Source of the DNA: Acanthaster planci
Lineage: Eukaryota
Assembly: GCF_001949145.1 (NCBI RefSeq)
Contig: NW_019091357.1
Span: 4,302,228 to 4,366,227 of the forward strand
Direction of reading: 5' to 3'
Length of the DNA stretch: 64,000 nt
This document shows, one piece after another, positions 1-14,170 of the stretch. Every line of letters starts with the position of its first letter. The stretch's first letter is position 1. The notes beneath the pieces were generated by a model. The model was not told the DNA's origin and ran no database searches. It worked only from the letters and a program-made list of their open reading frames with translations. The translations under genes and the position numbers were made by a program.

Positions 1-3000
1 TGCCCGCAGCAATGTACCGGTAAGTTTGCAAGCCTAAAGAAATCTGGTGAGAGGAGGTACTGAAAACATGTTCAGCCTCACAGGTTGAAGGAAATCCAGA
101 CATAAATAGTGGGGGGGGGAACCCTGAGGAATCACATAGGGACTAAATACATGTACCCAATGCACTCCCTTGGAGTGTTCTGATGACTGACAAGGCATAC
201 TGTCCAGACCATTGAGTCCACCGGCTCTCTTCAAAATGGGACTCCCTCACAAGAGAGATCTCACAGGGTGCTAAGTACTACAAACCATCACAATGCAACA
301 TACTTTCACCCTGCAAACCTCAAAAACAGAGAGTCTGGAGACTCTAGACTGAAACTCAAGTGCCATTACCACAGCACTGTTCACCCCCGTAAAGATTTGT
401 GCACATTCTGACGAAATTTTCCAAGCATACTCAGCTATGCTTTATACCCACAAGCAGATACAACACATGTGTTTGCACAACAGGACATCACTCTTCCAAA
501 AGGATGCAAATGTATAACAAATTAAGCACACCCTGGCAGCCAGTAAGTTAGAATCAGGTTGCTGAACTCTAAATTTATAATTACGAATGCACTTCAAAAT
601 TTCAAAAACTTCAAAATTGGTGACACTGAGAGACGAGTGACTTTTATCGATGAAGTCCATCTACAGAGCTTTCCAGATCACACCTGGTAATCCTTCCACA
701 GACAACTGCCCATCCAAGAAAATTACACATGCCTCAGATGATTCAATGTAATTTACAGCGCGGCAAGTGATGCGTAAACCCGGGAAGAAATTGCTGCCCA
801 AATAAATAAAAGGAAAAATTTTTAATCCAATTGCACAAATCTTGTGCCAATCTCTGTGTGCCCCACCACGCTGTGCCGTGTGCGCGCACAGGATTAAGTC
901 GGTAATTTGACGATGTGCCTCTGGCCACGGAGAAGTTCGCGTGGTATCCCAAGAAAAGAAAAATTCACTAATTATTCTCACTAATTGTTCCTCTGCTGAC
1001 CACTGAGGCATGTGATAGTTTCCTTCACTCCTAACTGCAGAGCACTAATCATTGCCACTCGGGTTTTAATATTCCACAGTCAATCAAAACTCGAAGAGAA
1101 GACACAAGAAGTTATGGGCTGGATTTTTTTTCATGCCATGGCGTCTGGCCCGAGGAGGCCAGGTGTCATATCATAGCTGCCATGTGATAACATCGCCCAC
1201 TGCCTTTGACGCTACGCCGACATAACCCCCTCGTTGCCTGTGTCAGGCCCTAGATAATTGAATCGACGGCGGGGTTAATCGACTCATCAATTGATTGGAG
1301 AGCTTTTGTTTCTGTGTTGGCGGGCCGGCCAGCCAGCCATCCCGTCAAAGATTGAGAAGTGGTTGTTGAGGCAAGCGAGAGTGAATGAGCGAACAAGTGA
1401 CACTGGTCAGCAACGAGAATGCATCAGGCCGATTCAGGTGCTAAACCTGGCAAACAGGAGCCATCAGCGGGGCTTAGCGAAACATTAGAGCCTGCTACTT
1501 AAACTTCCGCCATGTTTAAATTATTCATGGCTTAATCAACAGCATAAACTCTCTATGTATGTCCTTTGTCTAGACAGGATTTTCATTCCAAAAAATCAAC
1601 AATTTGAAAAGGCCAATTACCCTGTTGGCACTGCCATGGGGAAATTACGTTCAACTGCAGACACCGGGGCCGAGCAAAGCATTACCACTGCTGCAATAAT
1701 TGAAGAAATGTTAACAAATTCAGCAACTGATCAAATACATGCACAAGAAATGAAGTTAAAATTAAGGGGTGAGCCCATTTTCTGTTGACAGGAAAGCTGA
1801 AGGCACCACATGTTTACTGTTCTTTTAGATGAAAATTGCCATTAACAACTTAATGTGCAACCCTGTGCTGAATCAGCTGCTCGATGCTCAAATATGTGGG
1901 CAATCATTTCTTCTTCTTTTTTTTAAATAATACTAATACTGCAGTCGCTTTCCTGATTTCTGGAATACCTCAAGTAGAGCAAAGTGTTTGTTAGCCAAGA
2001 AGCATTTCACTGGTCTAAAAACTGCACCAGCTTAATATCTCAACTGTTCCATCCCACTGAGAAATCTCAAAGAAAAGAGTTTAGACAGCACTGCTCAAAA
2101 TGTTGGCATTTGTCATGTACGCGTAAGGCATGCAGACGGGCCAAAATTCAAATTAAACAAAAATTTGATGCATTTTACCCCTTCGGTTAAACCTGATTCA
2201 AAATTCTGCCTACACACAACTATGAAGCCATCTGCTGATCATTGTACAGTTATTAATCCAAATATTGTAAACTATTTTCCATATGGAATAAGAAGGTGAT
2301 TATTCTTGGCGCTGTTTTAACTCTGAGTCAGCTCCTTGATGGTGGTAACGGTAGCAATAAATCAGATTACCGGGTGTCATTTTGCTGTAAATCCACATTA
2401 ATATTTTAAAAGGAATATAAACACCTGCGAGCATGCTAGGCAGACTGAAACTACCACACACACATACTCTTGTGCCCTTCACAAAAATGGGCTCCTCAAA
2501 GAGCCCTCTACTTTTTTCCCACGCCAAGTCCAGGATAATTACCACCAATTCACCCGTTGTCGGTTAGCAAAGGTCAACTTGATGGCTGATCAGTGCACAA
2601 TACTTGTCCCTCTTTTCCCAATGTCATCCCTAGATTAAAGTCTGCTGCATGGTTACAGACGGAAATAAAAAAAAGAGACTGGCAAAAAAAAATTAGTGAA
2701 CTCGTTTGGGATGTTACTTAACCCCCGACATGATGGATCCTCTGTTTCTCTCTTACAACCATTTCATTTTGGGCACACTCCAAAACTTTTCCCACACTGC
2801 TTGCATAACAAAGTAACTCGGCCGAATCAAGCACAGACACGAAAACTTTTGAATAGCGGTACTTAGGTTGAAATTGTCTCGGGCAGCGCTTTCCAAAAAA
2901 AAGTCAATGCTTAATTCTTCGGCACTCATGGATCCTAAAAACAGGCACACTAGCCCCTTTGAAAAACGAGAAGCAACCCAATGGTCCTGGTCTAGTTGAT

Positions 3001-6000
3001 TAACCAAAACCCTGTCAGGGAATTTTTTTTTTTTAAAGGGGACCCTGATAAAAAGAAAACAGCGCCTGAATATTATTGAATGAATGGAGGGGTGCATATT
3101 CTTATCAGCCCCTGGGGGCTTAACCGAAGCACCAGGTGCAACAACTGACCAAGCATGGAAGGGAGCGGCAAACCAACTTGTTAGCTTTCACACAGTTACC
3201 TAGCAACCACTTGTGAAAGAGGGTTCCTCTCTTTTTTGGTGGGGGGGGGGAGAAGTAGCACCCAGAGTGCTGGGGAGACTACAAGACTGAGGTTTGCAAG
3301 ATTTGGCAGTGATGACTGTAATTTTTAAAATTTTTACGGTGTAATGTGGCAGTTGCGCCACATTCTACTGGGTTTATTGGGTCCATTGGGTTGCTTCCCG
3401 TACCATACTTGATAGAGAGCCAGAAGTACATGTAGATGGCACAAATTGTAAGACATTTGAGAGAAAGATATTACTGCGGACTATTAAATCTCAAAGAAAA
3501 AAATATCACAGACCAACAAGAGAAAAAGCTGCCGTTCTACTGATTGAATTCATTTATTGAAAATGGAACGTATTGGTTAGGAATATATTAACTTGCAGAC
3601 CTGTAGAAATTCTTGGCACATGTTCTGAAAGATTAAGCTGCACAAATTTGTCAAGAAGGTTCTGATAAATCTCAAATCCACAGTTTCAAGCTAGTTTTCA
3701 TTAGAATGAGTCAACTTTTTGAAAAGATAATACCGTTTTGACCTGTAAAAAAGGAGCCAGATGGAGTGAAAAGAAGTGGTATGCAGAATGTTTATCAAAT
3801 GCACAAGGGAATGTACTCCCAGGCAAACATCTTTAAAGAGCCTGTCGGAGAGGTTTAAAAATGTCTCCACAAAAAAGAAGTGCTACCCTAAACTGTAATA
3901 TCAGCCCACTATAATTATGCTGCTTGGCAAGCCAAGAGTGTTGAGAGAACTTCAAATATTGCATCAACCAAGCGGATGGTTGACTCAATATTACCATAAG
4001 TGGAGGTTCCAAAGTACTACAGGTACAGCCTCAAAAAAACCAAAGGGAAAAAAATCCCTCCATTCATAAAAATAAAATCAGCCGGCATGCTCGCATTATG
4101 CACACCTCCCTGGCCCTATTGTTGGGAAACTTTATCTCCTCTGCATAGTCACGTACTTTAACAACTCTCTGATGCTACTCTTAATTCTGTCAACACCAGC
4201 CCATTCTTTACGACATCATGCCAGGGCGCACTGGCTCGCCTGCATGGGCCTGAATTTGCATATGAAAAGGCCGGTCGTGTGCCGAGGAACCGGGGGCCGC
4301 CTGGCAGCTCGGGTACGGCGGTCGCTTGGGAATTTCGTCTGTTCCATTAGCGGGATGAGTTTCTGAAATTTGGTATCGCTTGGCTGGCGTTGGGTTTCAG
4401 CAGGCGGGAACCAGGCGCCCGGGATTATCATGGAAAGTGACATACAGTCAGGCTGGGGGGAGAGTGGGGATAGTGAACAGGTCGGGATAAGGATGGGAAT
4501 ACGGGGAGGGGGGAATACGGTATACATGTATTTTGGCAGTTGGTGGTAGGTACATGTGTATGTCTCCACGATCATGCTTGTATTAGCGTTAACTAAAAAG
4601 TTGCATTTGATATATGTGAGTCTTTAAATGATTTAATAAATCATTGCATCAAATTAAAAATTGACTGTGCCATCAAGCAAGTGGTGATTGTGGGTGACAA
4701 TCTGCAAAAAATCAAGTACTACATGTATGATCAGTAATTTCCACATTTCAAAATTCAATTTAAACTGTATAATCTCATCATCTCAGTTAGAGAACATTAT
4801 AAATTCAATAGTAGATTATTAGTGACCTTTCCCTACAATTCTTGGTTTCAAGCTCAGAAAATCCCCCTGTAATGTAAAACTGGTACAGCAAAACTGCTAA
4901 TTGGCCTCTGGAACCCTGGGGTGAACATAAATATCCACTTTGCCTGATAAATCCATCATGGGGGAGGCAAATGTTACCTGGCAAAAGAGGCAATTCTACA
5001 GAACTAGTGGGGCCAACGCATTTACTAGTGCAATCATCGACAGTCGCCTCAGTCACTTTTCATCGCTTTTCTGTATTAGGCCCAATTATTATTTAGGTCC
5101 AGGCATTTGCCAATTTGGACAGCATTAAACATTTATGGTTATGTGTGAGACACAATCCGGGCAGGCTGCTATGCTGCAAACTCCCCCCCCCCCAATCATC
5201 ACCACACACACACACAAAACAGATGTCTGCAACATGTGGAATAGAACTGTATGTTTCTCAGATGCAAGCATTAGTGGTGTGCAATAGGTGGAAAGTAAAT
5301 AGGACCCCAATCCATAAACATGCACACCCAACTGTATAAGAAATGAAAGCAACTGCCCACTGTGAGTTTGGGAACCCTGTTTTTCCAGACCTCTCGCGCG
5401 ATGTTACCCCTACTTCCATCATTTGAGGCAATTGCATGAAAAGACACAATCTAACAGGTGCTACACAGCACTTCACAGCACAGCACTTTTGTATAATAAT
5501 AATTGGTCATGACCGCTATTGATATTATTTTCTCTCGTTACCTCAATTTGTTTAGAGTTGTATTTAAACAGGTACATACCTCCTCTAATGAATTGAATGT
5601 CTTATGAATTGAACTGACTGCATCCATGCAGCTTGATATACCTCTGTACTCTCTCTTCACATTAGAATTGTCGTGGAGGTTTTGGGGCCAAAAGAGCAAA
5701 ACTTCATGTAACTGGTACCGTATCTAGAGCTTGTTCACAATGCTTTCTGGAATTTTTTTTTTTGGAGGAGGAGGAGGAATTGTAGGCTGTGCTTATATTG
5801 GAAGGTGGAAAGACCCCTGCAATGGTCACCAATTTGGCAATATGCTACTCGTACACTGGAGTAAAATCACATTTTCAAAGATTTAATTTTTTTTCTGCAT
5901 GCTTTGAACTTATTTCCTTGTTTCAGTTTAAAAACCCTATTTACTTCCAGGTATCCCCTCCTCTAACGAGATTCTATGTTGCTTGCCTCTTTTATTCACT

Positions 6001-9000
6001 TCCCAGTTAATTTGCCTTCAATTTGTCTGCCCTATCCTGACCATTTTTTCAACCCTTTCAATGAAAAGATTCCATTCATTCACAAAATTCATTCTTAACT
6101 GTACATTCATTCATAAAAAAATCATAATGCCATCCACTGCTTAGACTGTGTGGAGACATAATCTACACAATAACCTCTACCAATACAATCCTCTACCACC
6201 ACAAAAAAAACCTCTACCACCAAAAAAGCCACGTCTGAGTGGTTTTAGTAATTTCCCCGGCTAACACACAAGCAAATCAACCAATCAAAATACAGCCTGA
6301 TGCGTCCCCCCTAAAAAAATGGAAAAAAAAAATCATGTCAAAGAAGGGGACTCTGGCGACACTGGGTAATAGTCCATCAATCATGACAGAGAAAGAAAAA
6401 AAAAAAACCCGGAGCCCATTGATGGGCCCGGTGTTAGCCAACCATGGCCAGCCATTCAGGGAGTCCCCATCTGCCCCGACCAAGCGGCAGGCTTCCATTC
6501 TCATGCAAATTGAGCCTCTACACAGCACAAAATGGGCTCCGGGAGATTAAGGTCTCGCTGGCTGCAGCCGGGCCATCTGTCGTGCCAATTTGAATACTAA
6601 ACAAACTCTTATATCACCACCGAGCTCGCCTTTTCTTTTACATGTATCTTACTTTTATTTCATTTTTTTTTTTCTTTCTCTCTCCCTTTTTTTTTCAATA
6701 AGACTTGTGAAGATAATAGACGAAGGGGGAAAAAATTGTGCAAATAAACCAAGATCTACTCGGTGGGAAAATGTCTGCTCCCGGTTGTCAATATGCCTGG
6801 CTCGTTAGCATCGTCCAGGGACGGTGAACTGCATTTTGATTTGCCTGATAAACTGGCAGGATGGGATATTTCTGCTATATGTACTTTGTGTTTTTTATTA
6901 ATGTCACATTTGGGTTCATGTCTGCAATTAATATTGGCTCTCTTTTCAACCAGTTGGAGCAGTTTTGAAACTGAGGCATACGAATAAGTGGCATTTCAAT
7001 CAAAAATGCCTGGGGTTATTTAATCAAAATTTCCAATACTGTTTCAAGTTAATCAAATTGGAAACTACCGCAGGCCACAAATAGCAATGACCATCAGCAG
7101 AACAAATGAAATAAAAGAAGGAAAATTTGACATTTAATGCAAATTTCTTTGAGATAATTGCTCAAGAATAATTTTCTACAGTCCTACAGTTTGAATGTGT
7201 GAAACCACAGAATTAGGTTTCCGACATAAGTTTCATCTTAAATACACAAGAGTTCCACTGAAATGGTTAGCAATTCTGATGATTAAATGCTAATATTTGT
7301 GGGTAAGCGTTAAAAGTTTGAATAACTTACAGGGCAAAATTTTGAAAGAGCTTGAACGTTTTGAAGTCGGACTTCATGACAGTGGTCAATGTTAAACTCC
7401 AATCAGAGAAGTGCCCGAACAGTCAGTACACAGGAACAGAACAAATTCCAAAAACAAATCATCGGCCTAAACTGAAGGACTGCTGGTTGCACTCTGTCCA
7501 GCTGCGTTGGGGGTCAACCAAGTTCAAACTTCAGTTGACAATAACAAAATCATTGCACATGTACGTGTACCCCTGTATTTGCTCCTGACTATATACAGGA
7601 GAAGAGGGGCAAGTCCTGCCCACCCCAACAGGAAAGGTGACTCCAGGAGTTTTGAGCCTGCCCTAATCGACACACAAGCCTCACTGGGCCATGATCGCTA
7701 ATCACTGGGCACCAAAATAAGAAAAAGAGGCACCTGCTTTGCTTTCTCGGCGTGGTACCGGTGAGACATGCGAACGCACGACCCAATCACTAGCCCTAAA
7801 AGCCTGCTTCATCATTTATTTATTCGCAAGATGCGCACAGCTTAAGCTGTCAAATTTTTCCCCGGTCCCCAGAGGATTACGAGCAATGGCACACTATATT
7901 TGCGGGGCAATTCCACTCTGCAGCCAGTTAATCATTAACAGACATTTGCGCTGGTATCTCGTCTCTCCCATGTCCCTTCCCCCTACGAAGGAAGTGCATG
8001 AAATTCAACACCAACCTCACGTGAACATAACAGCTAACTCCAAGTCATGACTTTTTGGCAAATTGTTACGTTTACTCTTTATCAATCAACAATAATGTTG
8101 GATTTTTTTAACCATTCACAAATTTCAAACGATGCTTTCTTGAGACATGGAATGATGAATACGGTTTCTCAGAGTTTGTATCTACATCTGTTGGACTGTA
8201 GGCTTATTTGACTGAAAGTGGGAATCCACGTTGAGGCTGTAACTTAGTGAACAATTTGGTGGCTTTCACTTTTTGTTAACTGTACTGGGTGTAACCGCCT
8301 CACTTCTGCATAGTATTTTCAAACGAACAACTCATTTTGGGCGATACACTCACTCCAACACTGATACCACGTACACCTCACAAATGGTACAAGACATTAA
8401 TGGTTTGGGGGCGCAACAGTAAAAGCCAACCCCCCCAAAAAAAGCTGAATGTTAGGCACAGCATTCTCTTCGGCTGGAACAGTTCTGCTTGAGGACAACA
8501 TGAGTTTCAAGGTTTCATTCTTCTGTCTGAGTGCATCCACAGATACCAAAAAAAAAAGGAGCAGCTGCTAAACAGGAAGTTCCTGAATGCAACTGACCAG
8601 ATTAGCACAACAAGGAAACAAGATATTTCATGTTAAGGCTGGTAGAAAAAGACACATAGGGACAGGTTTGAGCACGCTCACATGCAAGCAGTACTGCACA
8701 CATTTGCTCCTAAACTTTCTTGAGGTTTCCTCTCAAGAACAAAAAACGAATTTGGCCCAAATTTCATTTTCGTGCATAACCTCCTACGCAAAGTGGGGGC
8801 CCGCACTGCTTTAAGAAAATGCTGCGCTTCACATTCCCGGAAAACGGGACACAAAATTACACACGCCCACCCATCCAAGTAAAATTCTCTTCATTTAAGG
8901 ATGTTTTCATTGCTCAGAGCGATGTTCATGTATAAATCAACATCTTTCACGGCTGCAACACACAGAAAGACATGTTTCAATTCTCCCTTGCAAACATAAC

Positions 9001-12000
9001 AGACCGATTTTGCCCGCTAAGTCACATGACCTGTGGTGTGTATCAAACATCAACAAATATGGTGTCTTCCCATACATGTAGCAAAGTGTGTTTTGAATGT
9101 TGTTTTATACCAAAAATGAAGCAGATTTTCGGTATAGTACTTAGCACATCAGTTGTCTGAGTAATTTACCGACCATTGGCTTTAGGTTTGGTAAATTAAA
9201 CTCATGACACTCTCTGTTATGGGATTACACCATGTTTGTTGATGTTTGATACCCACTACACATACACAGGTCAGGTGGCTTGGGTGCAATCGATCCATGT
9301 ATACCAACCAGTAATAATACTAAACATAGTGTACAAAACACCACATGCTCACACTCAAAAAAAAAACCTATACATTTGTGAAACTGGCATAAGGTGTCAC
9401 TTGTTGACCCAGGAAATGTTTCATTGCACAGGTGTTCGGCTGTTGTCAGGTAGATAAAAAAAAAAGGGGGACATGGCAGAGCTATAGCTGTCAGCATGCC
9501 ACGGTCTAATGGGAGTTAATTTGGCAAAATGCTTGGCGGTACAATCTTTCCTGGCCATTTGTGGGGTGGGCAAGGGGACTGTTACCATGATAAGGATGTC
9601 ACAATAACTGCGAGCTAATTGGCGAACATTGGCAGTTCCTCCGCTTAGGTTTTCTTTCAAAGATGAGACATCTGAGCTGCACGCAGCGAAATCCACACTG
9701 CACATTTCAATTCGTGCTTTTTAACAGACACATTCATAGGTCTTTTCAAGGATTGTGAGAAACAATAAAATTCAACACAAGACATTTTGAGAAAACTTTG
9801 GTAAAGAAATTGCATGAATGTGCGTAGAAGGTTAATATGGAAAGTGAACAGAAAATATGTCATTTCTACGAACTTGCAAATATTCAGAGTCAAAGCAAGC
9901 ACATAGAAATTAAAATTTAAACAAAATACTTATTGATACTTTAACCAGATTCGCCCAGCATCCCACTAAATTTAATCCTAGTGCTTACAAAAGTTACATT
10001 CACGTCCTTGCCAATGAGTCATCTATACTGGGCCAACACCAGCAGCAGGGCCACCCGCAATACAGAATTTCTCACTGCAATTGTTTTAATGGATTACCAC
10101 ATGTTATTTCATGGCTATTATATTACTTCACTGCGTCTAATTTAGGGGATTATTGGCATCAAACAAGCAAACAGGCCCGCGCTGTTGCTGCTGCCGCCGC
10201 CACCACCACAGCAAAGGTACACAGCCCGGCAGACAGTGCGCATGTCTAATGAAACTGGACGGCCGCGTGATCAAACCAACAGAGGAATATCTTCAGTTAC
10301 TGGTAGTCCAGGGTGTCAATAAATGGAAATTTAGGCCTAGAAGCACCTGCAGCCCCTTAAAGACGTGTTACACGTATGTACCTACATTATACATGTACCA
10401 GTACGAAAACATTTAAGCATGTGCATGAAAGTTTACTGAGCACAGGCTAAATGGATAAGCGAAAATTACAAGTCAAATGTGACAATGTACATGTAAATTA
10501 GTCTCCTAATAGCCTTTTCTGTAGTCCTTTGCTTTGAGTACAAAGGCAGTTTGGCCTGCTGCCCCTAGACAAGAATGGATCCACCTATAGGGTATAGGCT
10601 AGAGTAACCAGAAACACTGCCCTATCAATCCATTAAAGACTACATGTCTAACACAGCCAGCGCAAGCTAGGCAATCGTTTCCACTCAGCTAAAGTGACTT
10701 CACCCATCACCATATTCAGTCGGTAATTTGTGATGTTCGGATCACTCAGGGATCATGTGATGCCCACTCAGAGGCGAGTAGACTCTGCCACGATCGCACC
10801 ACACACAGTATACACAGGTATGCATGTACATGTACGTTGTACCTACTACAGATGCTGAGCTCCCTCGCGAGCGCGCTTTCAGGAGGCACTCCAGGTGAGG
10901 AGCCATGCATGTTTCCAAACGGCCCCCGACGGAAAGCGTGCACGTGCACAGGCAACAATGTCATTTCGGATATACTGCGAATAATGCATGACCAATCGCT
11001 CTGCCCTTGGACAGTGTCAATGTCAGACTTCGACCACAGAGAGTGGGAAGGCACTTTGCAGAATGAAGTTGATGAATAATTGAGATCCGTGTTTTTGCTT
11101 CCATGCGCACAGAGTGCGAGACAATCATTTTTTTTTTATGCTGCAGCTACATTGTACAGTAACGCAACACAGCATGCTCCTTCAGACACTGGGCAACTCA
11201 CTCACTACAAGCCACATGTGAATCGCACATGAATACATACATGTACGTGTAACACCCAAAAAATATGTGCACACAGAATTGAAAGTCAATTTGAGTAATT
11301 CAATAGGTGAAGGTGTGAATGCTCTAATTTCCATCTGATGGAACAAATTAACGGTTGATTAGTACGAAAGCTAATTATAAAATACCCTGATAGCAGCAGG
11401 CAGAGCGTCCCACTCTTCCTAGAACCTGCCAAAAGTCACACAGGATCATCAAAAAGGTGAAAAAAAAGTGACTGTGACGTTGAAAATGATGAACATTTCT
11501 TTTCCTATTCAACAGAATGTTTTAGCATACTGTGTAGCATAAGTAACATTGGTGAAATTGGGGATCGGGAAATCCAGCACTGTCGATACACTTGCTGTTG
11601 GCTGAATTGTCACATAGAGTTTGACTCATATTTGGGGTTAGGTAAGGAAAAAGGGAGTGGCCTGGAATTACACCGTTCCGATGGAATGGAAGAGATAATA
11701 GTGAAAAACAAACCAGGGACAACTGAAAAGTTTAATCCGTGATTTATAGCAGCAGTACTTGATACAGTACCAGCAAAAACAAAACCAGCCCATTATAAAG
11801 AAACACTGGAGCCATTCCCAATCTGTTGCTTATTTTCTTCAGCCTTTTGCAACTTTTAGCCAAAGAAAGTGAAAGTTACAAGAAAAGAGAACTGTTCCCC
11901 CCCTAACAATGCACTATGTGTCTGTTATAGGTTTCAGTTTTGTAACGCACAAGGCTATTGTGTGATCACTGAACTCTGGGTCCGTCCACTGTGCTGAGAA

Positions 12001-12282
12001 ATATTTTACACTGCGGTCTGCATTGTAACAGAGTGTTATTCCTAGGCTGTGTTTCACTGTTTACATTACTCACATTGACAGAGCCCTGAGTTGCCGTGCA
12101 TGCATACATCTTGCAACGTTTGCTTCTTCTTTATTGTGAAAGGCTACAGACAAGTTTATCAACATGTTAAGGGATGAGTATGATTTGTTTCTCTCACTGA
12201 GTTGTCCGAAGTCGATACAAGAGGGTTCAAACACGTACACTATGCTGGTGCTTGGTTGAGAGAATACTAATGGTGAAGTCTG

Positions 12283-12301
12283 ACGGCGCCCTCTACTGGC
12301 C
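12283..12301 (-). promoter_or_regulatory. CTCF-like binding site
   Basis: Minus strand GGCCAGTAGAGGGCGCCGT matches the CTCF core CCASYAGRKGGCRS. Similar sites at 12763-12781 (-), 14297-14315 (+) and 63794-63812 (-). Confidence 0.6.
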
Positions 12302-14086
12302 TATAGATGCATCATGTCTTTGTTTAGTATTCACACAATTCATGCAGGTGGACTATTTCACATGAAACAAAAGTCAAACCATGTATTTTACGGGTATTCT
12401 TTACATACAGTACTATTCAAAACCCACTACAGTGCATATCATCATCGGTGAGCTTTAGAAGTGAAGCAGTCAAGCTCCTCAAAAAGCTTTCCAATTTACA
12501 GCCTGATTACACACAGATACATGTACATGTAAATAATACTGACAGTAACAGAAAAGTGGTTATATTGTTTTCGCTGAATCCTACAGGATCATTTCATTTA
12601 AAGCTTTCATTTTAATCAGTATATCTGTTGGTTCATGAATAATTACAAAAGCTTCATGGCAATATGTTAATGGCTTCCACACAGGACACATTGAACAGTC
12701 AGTTTTTCTTGAACAAAAATGAATCAAGCTTGGGGAGGTTGGGATGTCAGCGGGGCACTGCAAGAGCGCCCTCTATTGCCCAATTGCTGCCAAGGAGTCA
12801 GCTTCCTGTTCCCAGGCACCTTTTGAACACGTCTGCTAATTTGGATGAAAAAAGATTCCACACTTTGTTGACTGCGGCGCCGTGTCTTCTAATTCTCATT
12901 GAATCTGAGCAGAAAATGTTCACATGCATGTGCACAAGAGTGCACAAAATCTGTATGCAGAAAAATTCGGGCCAACATGGTTCGCTCTTGAGCAAATGAA
13001 AATCTTCGAAAGAGGAACAAATGCACACTCAGAATCCTGGTATTTCACCGGCCCAGTCTGATGTCTCCATTCAATATTCAATGGAGCATTTTTTTCATCA
13101 ATGCCTCAATGAAAGTTTCACATTATTAATAAAGGACATGGTGTCAAAGAGTGGCGTCAGAGGGGAACGTGTCTTCGACATGTACCCTGACCATTTTTAT
13201 GCACAAAATGTGAAATCCCCACAGACGTTCTCTCTTGTCCTTGCGATGTGGACCTATGTCCTCTATTGCTTCTCTCTGAGGAGCAACTGAGCAATGCTAA
13301 ATGACAATGGACAAGCACACACAGGCTGAGCAGCGTGCACGATGATGAGCTCATACGTGTATATGTGCGCATACTGCAAATTATCCAGACAGTCTGATGC
13401 CAAAGAGAATACACGTACATATATCACCACCAGCAAAACTGTGGGGAATAGGGGGTCAGTGCCCACGACTCCTTTTTTGATTGGGGGTTTCACCCTTCCC
13501 CTCTCCCTCACTCCACTCTTGACAGGTCTTGTACCTTTAACAGAACACAAGAGAATGGGGCCTTTTGGATCAGTTTTGTTTACAAATGTTATGTCATTGG
13601 TCATAGGGCTAGATGAACAGATGAAGTGCCACATTTTACAAGTGTGAGACACATTGACTTGGATAATGTTGAGACGTTTTCCACAGACACTGCTTAACAA
13701 TAGTTGGGCCATCCCAACTGCAGCACTACAGTTGGGACTGTCCCAACTATAGTTGGGACTTATGCTATCATAGTTGGGGCATAACATCCTTATTTCACTT
13801 CAAAACTCCACAGAGGGTCAATAGATATGGTGGTACACCAGACCATCTGACTACGGACCTCATAGTCATACACTTGGAGAGAGAAAAAGCATGACAAGTG
13901 TGCTGGCAAAGTGACACGCACATGGCGCGCAAATTGAATCACTGGATAGGGCCTAGAAAGTAGAATTCAAGTTCAAGTTTTGAACGACTGTTCTGCGTGA
14001 CTCGTTCTACATTACTGCATTTAACAGTGCCATATTCAGACCCAAAGTCAATGAGAATTTGTATCTCCTAAAAAACAACAACTCAC

Positions 14087-14170
14087 CTTTGCTTTTAAAA
14101 CTCAAAAGGCGCGAAATAAGTTCGGTTCGTCTGCTTGGGTTTTCCTCGTGACGGTTCCGCAAACAAGTGT
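14087..14170 (-). promoter_or_regulatory. Candidate non-coding first exon and promoter of a minus-strand gene that continues off the left edge
   Basis: Consensus donor AAAG|GTGAGT on the minus strand (ACTCAC at 14081-14086). CpG-richer upstream region 14100-14340 with a CCAAT box (GATTGG at about 14210) and an X-box-like GTTGCTATGCAGC at about 14186. The 5' end is approximate. Confidence 0.35.

Noticed and set aside
34..13787. Short ORFs in the first 14 kb
   Set aside because: No recognisable domains or splice-consistent exon chains; lengths are as expected by chance.
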